From contig NZ_CALIXW010000035.1 of the NCBI RefSeq assembly GCF_938046015.1, positions 18,989 through 82,988 of the forward strand: a stretch of DNA of 64,000 nt, written 5' to 3'. Below the pieces are notes generated by a model that saw nothing but the letters and a program-made list of their open reading frames with translations, had not been told where the DNA came from and did not search any database. Made by a program: the position numbers and the translations under genes. This document shows, piece after piece, positions 1-9,757 of this stretch (its first letter is position 1; every line of letters starts with the position of its first letter). Source of the DNA: an uncultured Porphyromonas sp. (lineage in GTDB: Bacteria; Bacteroidota; Bacteroidia; Bacteroidales; Porphyromonadaceae).

Positions 1-27
1 CTCAAGGAAGCCTCCACCTAAAGAAGC

Positions 28-65
28 GCCCCGCTGTAGCTTATTGGCTGCAGCGGGGTGCTTTT
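28..65. terminator. GC-rich hairpin followed by a T-run on both strands. Likely a bidirectional intrinsic terminator between a truncated upstream + gene (TAA at 19-21) and the - strand receptor gene.
   Basis: Arms gccccgctgtagc and gctgcagcggggtgc flank loop ttattg, then cttttac. The reverse strand is also followed by a T-rich stretch. Confidence 0.5.
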
Positions 66-122
66 ACTTAGATTAGGGGCGGAGGCTAATCGGTCCTTCC
101 CCTAGGATGAGGCGCAAGCGTG

Positions 123-2942
123 CTAGAAGGGGGGTGGACCTGGAGGGCCCTGACGGTTGGTCTTCATGTCGCTCTTGCTGCCGCCGCCCGCGAAGCTATC
201 GAAGCGGTAAATAAAGTGCAGCATGGCGTAGCGCCCGAGGGTATTGGTCTCCTCGGTGGAGATGCTGGAGGCGGTGATGTTGCGCCAGATGCTTCGGCGG
301 CTGTCTAGGAGGTCGTAGCCCTTGAGTCGGATCGTCGCCTTGCGCCCAGTGAGGAAGCTGTAGGAGATCCCCGCATTCAGCAGCGTCTGCTCCTGATCAT
401 AGCCACTGCTGTAGCCCGTGGTCTTGGTGTAGGTCGCGTCGCCCTCGATGGTGAAGCCCAGCGGCAGGGTGAAGGTGCTGGTCCAGCCGAGGCTGTAGTC
501 CTTGGTCGCAGGCGTCGAGACGTTGCCGAGACTATTGGAGGCATTGTAGTAGCCCCAGCCCCCGCGTAGGCTGAGGTCGACCCAGCTGTGGCGGTAGCTG
601 AGGGTCATATTCTCGTTGAGGCGCAGGGCGAGGCTGGTATTGGCCTCACCGTTGATGAAGGTCTTGCTACGGATGAGGTTGTTCATCGAGCCTAGGCGTA
701 GGGAGAACTTCTTTCCTGGGAGCGTCTGGGTGAAGAAGCCCCCGAGGCCCAGCATCCCATTACCGTTGACATTGGTGTAGTCTACGGTGCGCACCCCCGT
801 GTTGAGGTCGTAGACGGAGCGCGAGATGATGGCGTCCTGTACCAGCTGCGCGTGGCCGAAGAGCGCCAGCGAGGTCTGCGTGCTCGTCCAGAAGTTGTTG
901 TAGCGCATGAAGAGGTTGTGCTGGAAGCTCGGGCTCAGGTCCTGATTCCCGCGATAGACGACCAGCGGATTGGTGACGTCCTGCACGGGAGAGAGCTGCT
1001 CGGTCGTGGGCTGCGTGCTGCGGCCGTGGTAGTCGAGGTGCAGCTCGGTGGTGCGCTGCGGCTTGTAGCTCAGGCGGAGCTGCGGGGCGAAGTTGGTCAC
1101 CGCGCGGCTGATGGTCGGGGCGGCTGTGCCTGCGACCAGCGAGTAGCTGCTGCTCCTAGCATGCTCGACGGTGAGCCCAGCCGTCACGTCGTAGGTCTTA
1201 CCCTTCTTCTTGAGGGCGAGGCCGGCCTGCTGGGTGAAGTAGTCGGAGCGGAACTCATTGCTGTAGGCAGCGTTGGGCTGCGTGTACTGCCCCGTGGCGT
1301 CGGTGTCGAAGGCCTCACGCTGGCTCTCGGAGTGGCTACCGCGTAGCTGATAGGTCAGCTGGGTGAAGAAGCCCTTACCGAGGGGCTCGACCCAGCCCAG
1401 ACGTGCGCGGTAGCTCTGGCTGCGCTTGGTGGTGGCGATGCGCTGGTCGAGGGACTCGATCCGCGCCAGGCTATGCAGCAGAGAGCGGTACATACCCTCG
1501 CCGAGCGTCTGGTCGAAGGAGCCCTCGGCCGAGAGCGTCAGCGTACGCCCACTCTGGGAGAGGCGGCGGCTGGCGTCGAGGTGGAGCTCGCCGCTGGTCT
1601 GGCGCTGCTCGCTCTGCTGGCTCTGCGTGGTGCTAGAGATGGACTGCTGGGTGGCATCGTCGTTGCGCGTCTCATAGGCTGAGCTGTAGGTGCTCTCGCC
1701 GCGGCCGTAGCGCAGCTGGGGGGAGATGATGAACTGGGTGAGGCTGTCGGGCTTCCACTCGATGCGGAAGTTCCCCGCGTAGGAGTCATTCGTCGAGAGC
1801 TCCTTGGTGCCGCCTCGCTCGGTCGTGGAGCCCGTGCCGAGGATGTTCTGCACGGTGCTCTCGAGCTGCTTGTCCCGGGAGTTGCGGCCGATGAGGGCAT
1901 TCCCGCCGAAGGTCAGCTTCGGGCTGAAGGTATGGCTGATGTTGCCCCCGAGGACGCGTGAGGTGAGGATACCGTTGTTCTGGCCGAAGTTGCCTCCGCC
2001 GCCTGGGCCAGGGCGGCTGCCGCGTGCGGAGGTCGCCATGCTGAGCATCATATTGGCGGAGGCAAGCTCGGAGGAGACGTCGCTGAAGCCCGCGCTATTG
2101 GTGTTGTTGAGGCTGCCGAGGAGGGTCATCTGATTGTCCCCCGTGAAGCGGCTGAGCATGGCGCTACCCTCGTAGCGCTTGTCCGTACCGAGGCCAGCGA
2201 AGGCTGTGCCGAAGGTGCCACGCTTCTTCCCCGCCTTGATGGTGAGGTTGAGGATGGTCTCTTCGTTGCCGTCCGAGAAGCCTGAGAGACGTGCGGCCTC
2301 GCTGTCGCGGTCTACGACCTGGATCTTGTCGACGAGCTCGGCAGGGAGATTCTTGAGCGCCACCTTGGGGTCGCCCTCGAAGAAGCACTTGCCGTCGACC
2401 ATGATCTGCGAGACGGTCTTACCGTTGATGGTGACCTGTCCCTGCTCGTTGATCGTGGCGCCGGGGAGCTTCTTGACCAACTCCTCGACGGCGTCGCCCT
2501 GCTGCGTGGTGTAGCTGCCGGCGTTGAACTCGAGGGTGTCGCCCTTGACGACGACCTCGGCGGCCTTGCCGATGACCTTGACCTCGGAGAGGAGGGCACC
2601 GTCCTCGGCGAGCTGGATTTTGCCGAGCTGGAGGTTCTTGCCTGCGACCTTGAGGGCCTTGCTGTAGGCCTTGTAGCCGACGAAGGTGATGCGGAGGGTA
2701 TAGCTGCCACTGGCGACGGAGCGCAGGTGGAAGGAGCCGTCACGGCTGGTCGTTACGCCCGTCTTGAGCTTGCCGTCGGGCAGCAGGAGGCTGACGCTGG
2801 CCCCCGTCAGGGGCTTCTGCTCCTCATCGAGGACCTGCCCCTGCACGCTGTGCGTCGTCGCCGTGGTCTGCGCTGAGAGGGGCGCGAGGGCGAGGAGCCA
2901 GAGGAGGCATAGGCCGAGGAGATGATACACTGTCTTTGTCAT
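123..2942 (-). CDS. TonB-dependent receptor-like outer-membrane beta-barrel protein with an N-terminal carboxypeptidase-regulatory-like domain and no SusD partner
   Basis: 939-aa ORF with signal peptide (LALAPLSAQ). N-terminus resembles the CarbopepD_reg fold (GQVLDEEQKPLTGASVSL...DGSFHL), followed by a plug-like segment and a long beta-barrel with a C-terminal aromatic residue. Confidence 0.65.
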   Translation of the reverse strand: MTKTVYHLLGLCLLWLLALAPLSAQTTATTHSVQGQVLDEEQKPLTGASVSLLLPDGKLKTGVTTSRDGSFHLRSVASGSYTLRITFVGYKAYSKALKVAGKNLQLGKIQLAEDGALLSEVKVIGKAAEVVVKGDTLEFNAGSYTTQQGDAVEELVKKLPGATINEQGQVTINGKTVSQIMVDGKCFFEGDPKVALKNLPAELVDKIQVVDRDSEAARLSGFSDGNEETILNLTIKAGKKRGTFGTAFAGLGTDKRYEGSAMLSRFTGDNQMTLLGSLNNTNSAGFSDVSSELASANMMLSMATSARGSRPGPGGGGNFGQNNGILTSRVLGGNISHTFSPKLTFGGNALIGRNSRDKQLESTVQNILGTGSTTERGGTKELSTNDSYAGNFRIEWKPDSLTQFIISPQLRYGRGESTYSSAYETRNDDATQQSISSTTQSQQSEQRQTSGELHLDASRRLSQSGRTLTLSAEGSFDQTLGEGMYRSLLHSLARIESLDQRIATTKRSQSYRARLGWVEPLGKGFFTQLTYQLRGSHSESQREAFDTDATGQYTQPNAAYSNEFRSDYFTQQAGLALKKKGKTYDVTAGLTVEHARSSSYSLVAGTAAPTISRAVTNFAPQLRLSYKPQRTTELHLDYHGRSTQPTTEQLSPVQDVTNPLVVYRGNQDLSPSFQHNLFMRYNNFWTSTQTSLALFGHAQLVQDAIISRSVYDLNTGVRTVDYTNVNGNGMLGLGGFFTQTLPGKKFSLRLGSMNNLIRSKTFINGEANTSLALRLNENMTLSYRHSWVDLSLRGGWGYYNASNSLGNVSTPATKDYSLGWTSTFTLPLGFTIEGDATYTKTTGYSSGYDQEQTLLNAGISYSFLTGRKATIRLKGYDLLDSRRSIWRNITASSISTEETNTLGRYAMLHFIYRFDSFAGGGSKSDMKTNRQGPPGPPPF

Positions 2943-3134
2943 AGAGCTTATCCTTACGTTATACAGCTATGACTGCAGCAGCGGCCTAAGGTTTAATCTA
3001 GCTATGGACGCGCCGCGCCTTCGCTCCGCCGCGGCGGCCCTTCGTCCTGAGCAGAAGCAGCAGGGGCGACCCCAGGGAGTCTATCCCCGAGGCCGCCCCT
3101 GATGGCGTGTAGCTGTGGCGCTAGCTGACGTAGG

Positions 3135-3920
3135 CTAGAGGCGCTCGATGTCCTTGAAGTAGTTGTAGGTGCCGACCTTCAGCTCGATGCAGGCAGCCTC
3201 GTCGCAGACGATGATGCCCTTGGGGTGGAGCTGCAGCGCGGTGATGGTCCACATCTGGTTGACCGAGCCTTCGACAGCCTGCTGTAGGGCGCGTGCCTTG
3301 CCGTGGCCATTGACGAGGATGAGGACCTCACGGGCGGACATGACGGTGCCGACACCGACGGTGAGGGCCGTCTTGGGTACCTTGTTGACGTCACCCTCGA
3401 AGAAGCGGCTGTTGGCGATGATCGTGTCCGTCGTCAGCGTCTTCATGCGGGTACGCGAGCTGAGCGAGGATCCGGGTTCGTTGAAGGCAATATGCCCGTC
3501 AGGCCCGATACCGCCGAGGAAGAGGTCGATGCCGCCTGCGGCCTCGATCGCAGCCTCGTAGGCGGCGCACTCGGCCTCGAGGTCAGCGGCGTTGCCGTTG
3601 AGGATGTGGACGTTCTCCTTCTTGATGTCGATGTGGCGGAAGAAGTTGTCCCACATGAAGCTGTGGTAGCTCTGAGGATGGTTCTCAGGGATACCTACGT
3701 ACTCGTCCATGTTGAAGGTGACGACGTGCTGGAAGGACACGCGTCCGGCCTGATGAGCAGCTACCAGCGCCCGGTACATGCCCAGGGGCGAGGAGCCGGT
3801 GGGGAGGCCGAGGACGAAGGGCTTAGTCGCGCTGGGCTGAGCAGCATTGATCTTGGCGACGACATAGTCTGCCGCCCACTGAGAGATGCCTGCGTAGTCA
3901 GGCTGGATGATAAGACGCAT
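3135..3920 (-). CDS. nagB: glucosamine-6-phosphate deaminase
   Basis: 261 aa. Starts [25 protein letters not shown] with a [12 protein letters not shown] motif. Length and motifs are typical of NagB. Confidence 0.9.
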   Translation of the reverse strand: MRLIIQPDYAGISQWAADYVVAKINAAQPSATKPFVLGLPTGSSPLGMYRALVAAHQAGRVSFQHVVTFNMDEYVGIPENHPQSYHSFMWDNFFRHIDIKKENVHILNGNAADLEAECAAYEAAIEAAGGIDLFLGGIGPDGHIAFNEPGSSLSSRTRMKTLTTDTIIANSRFFEGDVNKVPKTALTVGVGTVMSAREVLILVNGHGKARALQQAVEGSVNQMWTITALQLHPKGIIVCDEAACIELKVGTYNYFKDIERL

Positions 3921-3987
3921 TACTTGATCTTTATTAGTAGAGTGAGTATTCTTGGCTGATGTGAAAGGGGGTGGGGGCTAGGGGTGG

Positions 3988-5199
3988 CTAGTCCTTGGGG
4001 GCAAGGAGGCGCGCGGCCATAGCCTGCCCGAGGGCCCAGCTGAGGTCGAGCACGGAGCTGAGGTCGGACATCTTGAGCTCGACGGCCTCACCGACGAACT
4101 CCCACTTCATCTCCTCGGCGAAGGGGATCAGCTTCTTGAGGGCAGCGGGCGCCCAGGTGTAGGAGCCGAAGGCCGTGTAGAGTCTGTCCTTGACGTCACG
4201 GATGCGGATGAGGTTCATCAGATGGGCTATGGGCGTGAAGAGCTCCCCGCAGTAGGTCGGGCTGCCGATGATGAGGCCGCGGTAGCGGAAGACGTCGGCG
4301 AGGATGGCTGAGGGGTCGGACTTGCTCACGTTGTGGCAGACGATGCGCTTGATGCCCGCTGCCGAGAGGCTCTGGGCGATGACGTCGGCCAGCTGCTCCG
4401 TATTGCCATACATCGAGCCGTAGAGGATGACCACGCCGTCCTCCGCCTCGAAGCGCGACAGACGGTCGTAGAGGCGGCGCGCCTCCCCGAAGCCCTCGGG
4501 CGTCCAGACCACACCGTGCGCGGGGCAGAGGTGGTCGATCGTGAGGCCCTGCTTGTCCATGTTGGCCAGCGCCTTCTGTACGAAGGGGCCGTACTTACCG
4601 ATGACGCAGGCGTAGTAGCGCTCCATCTCGCGGAGGTAGGCCGAGCGGTCGCCGAGCTCGCTGTCGCGCAGGATGCCGTCCAGCGCGCCGAAGGAGCCGA
4701 AGGCGTCGGCCGTGAAGAGCACCCTATTGCGCTGCTCGTAGGTGAACATCACCTCGGGCCAGTGCACCATGGGCGCCATGAGGAAGAAGAACTCGTGCCC
4801 GCCTATGCTCAGCGCGTCCCCATTCTTGACCTCGTGCAGCCCCTCGGTGATCCCGTGGAAGCCGCGCAGCATCTCGAAGGTCTTCTTATTGCCCACGATC
4901 TTGAGCTCGGGGTAGCGCTTGCGCAGCAGCCCGATGGAGCCGCCGTGGTCGGGCTCCATGTGGTTGATGATGAGGTAGTCGAGGGGACGGCCCTGGAGGA
5001 TAAGGTCGAGCTTGTGGAAGAAGATGTCGCTGTAGCAGACGTCCACCGTGTCGATGAGCGTGGTCTGCTCGTCGACGATCAGGTAGGCATTGTAGGCAAC
5101 GCCCTGCGGGAGGCTCCACATGTTCTCGAAGAGCGCCTTCATCCTGTCGTTGACCCCTACGTAGTAGATCGAGTCGGTGATCTGTGGTACTTGGTACAT
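3988..5199 (-). CDS. FprA-family flavodiiron protein (metallo-beta-lactamase domain plus flavodoxin domain)
   Basis: 403 aa. HMEPDHGG di-iron motif in the N-terminal lactamase-like fold; C-terminal flavodoxin-like region (ILYGSMYGNTEQLA). Confidence 0.8.
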   Translation of the reverse strand: MYQVPQITDSIYYVGVNDRMKALFENMWSLPQGVAYNAYLIVDEQTTLIDTVDVCYSDIFFHKLDLILQGRPLDYLIINHMEPDHGGSIGLLRKRYPELKIVGNKKTFEMLRGFHGITEGLHEVKNGDALSIGGHEFFFLMAPMVHWPEVMFTYEQRNRVLFTADAFGSFGALDGILRDSELGDRSAYLREMERYYACVIGKYGPFVQKALANMDKQGLTIDHLCPAHGVVWTPEGFGEARRLYDRLSRFEAEDGVVILYGSMYGNTEQLADVIAQSLSAAGIKRIVCHNVSKSDPSAILADVFRYRGLIIGSPTYCGELFTPIAHLMNLIRIRDVKDRLYTAFGSYTWAPAALKKLIPFAEEMKWEFVGEAVELKMSDLSSVLDLSWALGQAMAARLLAPKD

Positions 5200-5285
5200 A
5201 GTCGTGTGTAGTTAGTGTTCCTCCTTTGCTGGAGTGCGGCGCTAGCGGCTGGGAAGCGGGGCTCCCACAGCCGCTAGCGCCTATC

Positions 5286-6131
5286 CTATTTTGCTTGGTC
5301 TGCGATTGGGTGGCGGTAGGCGTAGACGATGAGGGCCAGCCCCGCCAGGATGAAGGGGATGCTGAGGAGCTGCCCCATATTGACGCCCCACTGGGCGATG
5401 AGGTCGTACTCCCAGCGCTCCTGCACGTTCTTGATCCCCTCGACGAGGAAGCGGAAGCCGAAGACGAGCACGAAGAACCAGCCCACGATGAGCCCCGAGT
5501 AGCGCCGTGCGGCATCGCGCTGCCAGTAGAGATACATACAGACGCCGAAGGTCACCAGGTAGGCCAGCGCCTCGTAGAGCTGTGTCGGGTGGCAGGCGGG
5601 GATAGCCTCGGGATCTAGTCCTCGGTACTCGATGGCGCGCAGGAAGCGGAAGCCCCAGGGTAGGTCCGTAGGGCGGCCGAAGATCTCGCTATTCATCAGA
5701 TTGCCCAGGCGAATGAGCGCTGCCGCCAGACCCGTAGGCACGGCCAGACGGTCGAGCGTCCAGAGGATGGAGCGCTTCGTCACGCGCCGCGAGTAGAGCC
5801 ATACCGCGAGGATGATCCCCAGCGTGCCGCCGTGGCTAGCGAGCCCACCCTCCCAGATGGCGAAGATCTTCGCGGGGTGCGCTAGGTAGTAGCCTGGGTC
5901 GTAGAAGAGGACGTGCCCTAGGCGCGCCCCGACGACGGTGCCCACCACTACATATATATATAGGGAGTTCATCCACTCGGGGTCGAGGCGCTCGCGGCGC
6001 CACATGCGCTCCTCGATCATAGGCCCGAGGATGAGCAGCCCGAGGGCGAAGAGTAGACCGTACCAGCGTATGTCGCGGCCGAGGATCTCGAAGATCACGG
6101 GATCGACGTCCCATGTAATGGCTCCTAGCAT
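5286..6131 (-). CDS. lgt: prolipoprotein diacylglyceryl transferase
   Basis: 281-aa polytopic membrane protein. Lgt signature region ([10 protein letters not shown]...[10 protein letters not shown]...[10 protein letters not shown]). Confidence 0.85.
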   Translation of the reverse strand: MLGAITWDVDPVIFEILGRDIRWYGLLFALGLLILGPMIEERMWRRERLDPEWMNSLYIYVVVGTVVGARLGHVLFYDPGYYLAHPAKIFAIWEGGLASHGGTLGIILAVWLYSRRVTKRSILWTLDRLAVPTGLAAALIRLGNLMNSEIFGRPTDLPWGFRFLRAIEYRGLDPEAIPACHPTQLYEALAYLVTFGVCMYLYWQRDAARRYSGLIVGWFFVLVFGFRFLVEGIKNVQERWEYDLIAQWGVNMGQLLSIPFILAGLALIVYAYRHPIADQAK

Positions 6132-6198
6132 CGTGATCTATAGGGTGTCTATGCGTATGCGTTCGTATCGGGCTGAGCCCGTGAGGAAGGGTCGGGGG

Positions 6199-7104
6199 CT
6201 AGCAGAGCTTGGCGATCCACTGCTCGCGCTCGCCGGGCAGCAGGTCGATGACGGGGAGCTCCTGCATGGTGTAGCAGCCGGGCTGCTGGCGGGAGGCGGC
6301 GCGGGCCGCAGCGACGAGGATCTGCGCCGTGAGGGCGGGGTTATTGATCTTCATGTTGAACTCCAGCAGCTGGTTCTGCGTCGTGCCCGAGACGCCCTTG
6401 CGCGTCATGTGCACGCCGTGCCCCATGTCGATCAGCTGATCCACGTCGTCGACGACGCTGACGTGCGTCTCGTCGTGGGCGAAGTAGTCATCTCGCTTGA
6501 TGGCGGCGATGACTTCGTCGGCCTTATAGCCCGGCTCGAGCTCGATATAGACCATGCGGCGGTGGATGCCCGTGCCCGTGGGGATGGTCATCGAGAGCGC
6601 CTTGTGTACGCCTGCGATGGCCTTGACGGCTACGGTGTGCCCCATGCTCATCCCAGGGCCGAAGTTGGTATAGGTAATCCCCTTGGGGACGATGGCCTCC
6701 ATCAGCGTACGTACGACAGAGTCGCTACCGGGGTCCCAGCCTGCAGCGATGACGCTGACGACGCCAGCGGCGCGAGCTGCAGCGCCCAGTGAGCGGCGTA
6801 GGGCGAGGATGTCGCCGTGGATGTCGAAGCTATCGACGGTATTGATCCCTAGGGGAAGCAGCTCTAGGGCGGTCTGCTCCACCAGACGCGTCGGCGTCGC
6901 GAGGATGGCTACATCGACCTGCCCCAGCTCCTGAATGGAGCCGACGATGCGGTAGGGCTCTAGCTCGTGGGGGATCTGTGTGGGGTCGCGGCGGACGACG
7001 CCCGCGATCTCGAAGTCGGGAGCAGCGCTGAGGGCTTCGATGGTGTAGCGGCCGATGTTGCCGTAGCCGACGACGGCTGCTCTGATCTTCTTTGTCTCTG
7101 ACAT
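6199..7104 (-). CDS. ddh: meso-diaminopimelate D-dehydrogenase
   Basis: 301 aa. N-terminal Rossmann motif VVGYGNIGR. Length and overall sequence match Ddh as found in Bacteroides and Porphyromonas. Confidence 0.75.
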   Translation of the reverse strand: MSETKKIRAAVVGYGNIGRYTIEALSAAPDFEIAGVVRRDPTQIPHELEPYRIVGSIQELGQVDVAILATPTRLVEQTALELLPLGINTVDSFDIHGDILALRRSLGAAARAAGVVSVIAAGWDPGSDSVVRTLMEAIVPKGITYTNFGPGMSMGHTVAVKAIAGVHKALSMTIPTGTGIHRRMVYIELEPGYKADEVIAAIKRDDYFAHDETHVSVVDDVDQLIDMGHGVHMTRKGVSGTTQNQLLEFNMKINNPALTAQILVAAARAASRQQPGCYTMQELPVIDLLPGEREQWIAKLC

Positions 7105-7152
7105 AGGGTTTCTTATTCTTCTTGTTGGCTTGTGTCTATGATCTTAACTAGA

Positions 7153-7160
7153 CAAAGATA
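7153..7160 (-). promoter_or_regulatory. candidate Bacteroidetes -7 box (TATCTTTG on the - strand) for ddh
   Basis: Reverse complement reads TATCTTTG, about 49 bp upstream of the ATG at 7104. Confidence 0.35.
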
Positions 7161-7356
7161 CTGAAAAGCCCGCAGAGCCTAGGGGGTGCAAGTGGCCTCC
7201 TGGTCTAGGGCGGGCGAAGCTGTCCTCTGGGACGGGGGACGGGGCGCAGCGGGCTGCCCCGCGGTGAGGGGCGGCTCGGACTGCGCCCGCCCTTAGCTCG
7301 CAGCGCGCTGCGAGCAAGGTGGAGCCGAGATTTCTTATATAACTTTTCGCCCTCCC

Positions 7357-7397
7357 CCTTATCCCTCAGCGTGCTGACTGGCGTCCCTCAGCGCTGG
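7357..7397. repeat. short array (2 units) of the 22-bp near-palindromic GAGGGAYRTCMGTCAG-family repeat
   Basis: ccttatccctcagcgtgctgactggcgtccctcagcgctgg. Same unit family as at the other intergenic loci listed below. Confidence 0.7.
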
Positions 7398-7758
7398 ATA
7401 TTATATTACTTTTCCCGGCTTGAGTTAGCGCGCAGCTCGCTCCGACTGGGGTCGCAGTGCGTCCCGTCTAGGCTGTCCGATCGCTTATCCTTGATGCTGA
7501 GCGTCTTGGCGCGCTGCTTGCCTCCTAGTCTCCTTGCCCTCGGCAGGCCTTGAGTGCCCAGTCTGTGCGGGGCTTGGAGGCCTGTGTGGGGCGCCTTGCT
7601 CGGAGTGGCCGCGCGCTCGGACGGCGGGGGAGGTGTCAGCCGTCATAGAGGAGGGCTTAGGCTGCAGGCTTGGGCTGAGGACTCGGGATGGCTCGGGGAA
7701 CTGGGGTCAGCCCCGTGCTCGGGCTGGGAGCTGGCTTGTGATTGTGCACCCTTTTCCG

Positions 7759-7766
7759 TATCTTTG
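7759..7766 (+). promoter_or_regulatory. candidate Bacteroidetes -7 box TATCTTTG for yceD-rpmF
   Basis: TAnnTTTG motif 35 bp upstream of the ATG at 7801. Confidence 0.45.
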
Positions 7767-7800
7767 TGGCGATTTTTATAAATAGCTGAAGGAGCCTCAC

Positions 7801-8340
7801 ATGCATACCGATCTATATAAAGTGAACCTCAGGAGCCTCTCCGAGGGGGATCACGAGCTACACTGGGTGCTAGGGGATGACTATTTCCAGCACCTGGGTG
7901 CCGAGGACTTCACCTCGGGAGAGGTGTATGTCGATGTGTACATTCATCACATCGGAGGGGTCTTCAGCCTGGAGCTAGAGTACGATGGCTACGTGGGGAC
8001 GACCTGCGATCGCTGCCTCGATCCGCTGGAGCTGGACGTGTACACCGAGCGCGAGCTGGTGGTGAAGTTCGGCGACGAGCATCGCGAGGAGAGTGAGAAG
8101 CTCCTGATCATCCCCGAGCAAGACGGCGTCCTCGACCTGACGTGGACGATGTACGAGGATATCGTGCTGAGCCTACCTATGCAGCGTATGCATGAGGAGG
8201 GTGAGTGCAATGAGGACATGATGCGCGCCTACAGCAAGGTGGCGGCAGACGAGCCTCAGCCCCAGCAGCAGGAGATCGTCCGCGATGAGGACGGCATCGA
8301 TGAGCGCTGGGCGGCACTGAAGCAACTGAAGCAAGAGTAG
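7801..8340 (+). CDS. yceD: YceD/DUF177 family protein (large ribosomal subunit accumulation protein), upstream of rpmF
   Basis: 179 aa with acidic C-terminus and a CDRCL...C motif. Sits immediately 5' of rpmF in the conserved position. Confidence 0.75.
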   Translation: MHTDLYKVNLRSLSEGDHELHWVLGDDYFQHLGAEDFTSGEVYVDVYIHHIGGVFSLELEYDGYVGTTCDRCLDPLELDVYTERELVVKFGDEHREESEKLLIIPEQDGVLDLTWTMYEDIVLSLPMQRMHEEGECNEDMMRAYSKVAADEPQPQQQEIVRDEDGIDERWAALKQLKQE

Positions 8341-8363
8341 TAATTCAAAACAAAAATAGACTT

Positions 8364-8540
8364 ATGGCACATCCTAAGAGAAGACAGTCCAAGACCCGTA
8401 CCGCCAAGCGTCGTACGCATGACAAGGCAGCAATGCCTACGCTAGCTAAGTGCGCTAACTGCGGTGAGTGGCACGTGTACCACACCGTATGTGGCGCCTG
8501 CGGCTACTACCGTGGCAAGCTCGCTATCGAGCAGGACTAG
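8364..8540 (+). CDS. rpmF: 50S ribosomal protein L32
   Basis: Translated by hand as MAHPKRRQSKTRTAKRRTHDKAAMPTLAKCANCGEWHVYHTVCGACGYYRGKLAIEQD (58 aa). Classic L32 N-terminus and zinc-ribbon cysteines. Absent from the ORF track because it is under 60 aa. Confidence 0.9.
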   Translation: MAHPKRRQSKTRTAKRRTHDKAAMPTLAKCANCGEWHVYHTVCGACGYYRGKLAIEQD

Positions 8541-8561
8541 GCTAAGACCCCACTTGCGAAA

Positions 8562-8594
8562 GAAGCCCCAAGGACTCCTTTGGGGCTTTTTTCG
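8562..8594 (+). terminator. intrinsic terminator after rpmF
   Basis: Hairpin ccccaagga/ctcc/tcctttgggg followed by TTTTTTC. Confidence 0.6.
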
Positions 8595-8654
8595 TATCTT
8601 CGTGCTACATTGCATCTGCTAGGATCATAACTCTAAGAACTATCATAACTGACT

Positions 8655-9656
8655 ATGAGCATAATCAACGCAGCCATCACAGCCGTCGGCGGCTACCTGC
8701 CAGAGGACAAGCTGACCAATGCCGACCTGGAGAAGCTGGTCGATACCAATGATGAATGGATCACTACGCGCGTGGGGATCAAGGAGCGTCGCGTCCTCAA
8801 GGACCCGACTAAGGGCGCCGCTTACCTCGGGGTGCAGGCCGTCCAGGACCTCCTCTCCCGAAGCGGCATCGATCCTAAGACCATCGATGGGCTCATCCTG
8901 ACGACTAATACAGGCGACCATACCTTCCCGACGACGGCCTCCATCGTGGCGCACGATACGGGCTGTGTCAATGCCTTTACCTTCGACCTCGTCTCCGCCT
9001 GCCCAGGCTTTATCTACGCGCTGGAGACGGGGGCTAACTACATCCGCTCGGGCCGCTACAAGCGTGTCCTCGTCGTCGCAGCGGAGAAGATGACGGCCTT
9101 CGTCGACTACACCGACCGCGCTACCTGCCCCCTCTTCGGCGACGGCGCGGGCTGCGTGCTCCTCGAGCCTACCGAGGAGGCCTGCGGGGTGATGGACGCT
9201 AGCTTCCACACCGATGGCATCGGGCGTAACAACCTCATCCTCCGTGCTGGGGGCTCGGTCAACCCTGCTTCGCACGAGACCGTCGAGGCACGTCAGCACT
9301 ACATCTATCAGGAGGGCGCTGCGGTCTTCAAGCACGCCGTCAAGGGCATGTCCTCCAGCTGCCGCGACATCATGCAGCGCAATGGCCTGAGCTACGAAGA
9401 CGTAGCCTGGGTCGTACCGCACCAGGCCAACCTCCGCATCATCGACGCCGTGGCGCGTGAGATGAAGGTGCCTATGGAGCGCGTGATGGTCAATATCGAG
9501 TACCGTGGCAATACGAGCTCGGCGACGATCCCCCTATGCCTCTGGGAGTTCGAGAAGAAGCTCCACAAGGGCGACAACCTGATCCTGACCTCCTTCGGCG
9601 CAGGCTTCACCTGGGGTGCCGTCTACGTCAAGTGGGCCTACGAGCCTAAGCACTAA
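8655..9656 (+). CDS. fabH: 3-oxoacyl-ACP synthase III
   Basis: 333 aa. Active-site Cys context DLVSACPGF. Typical KAS III length and motifs. Confidence 0.9.
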   Translation: MSIINAAITAVGGYLPEDKLTNADLEKLVDTNDEWITTRVGIKERRVLKDPTKGAAYLGVQAVQDLLSRSGIDPKTIDGLILTTNTGDHTFPTTASIVAHDTGCVNAFTFDLVSACPGFIYALETGANYIRSGRYKRVLVVAAEKMTAFVDYTDRATCPLFGDGAGCVLLEPTEEACGVMDASFHTDGIGRNNLILRAGGSVNPASHETVEARQHYIYQEGAAVFKHAVKGMSSSCRDIMQRNGLSYEDVAWVVPHQANLRIIDAVAREMKVPMERVMVNIEYRGNTSSATIPLCLWEFEKKLHKGDNLILTSFGAGFTWGAVYVKWAYEPKH

Positions 9657-9757
9657 GGGCGTCAATCACCACTGAAGAACCTTACCAGCCTTCGTGCCGC
9701 CTCCCGCGGTGCGGAGCTTGGTAAGGCTCTTATCATTATAATAAGGCTACAAGACCG

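Noticed and set aside
852-1346. Long antisense or alternative-frame ORFs throughout the window. Examples: 852-1346+, 4333-5211+, 5938-6792+, 12136-13551+, 20653-21393+, 21556-22149+, 23591-24349+, 29573-30496+, 37745-38752+, 39354-40121+, 41910-42713+, 56441-57442-, 60004-60750-.
   Set aside because: Each overlaps, on the opposite strand or in another frame, a gene with clear homology. Their products are low-complexity (Ala/Arg/Gly/Leu/Val-rich). High GC suppresses stop codons, so these are compositional artefacts.
1538-2743. Ser/Pro/Arg/Ala-rich ORFs such as 1538-1900- and 2312-2743-. Similar ones occur at 35307-35765- and 22960-23241-.
   Set aside because: Extreme low complexity, embedded in other genes' frames. 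No plausible start context.
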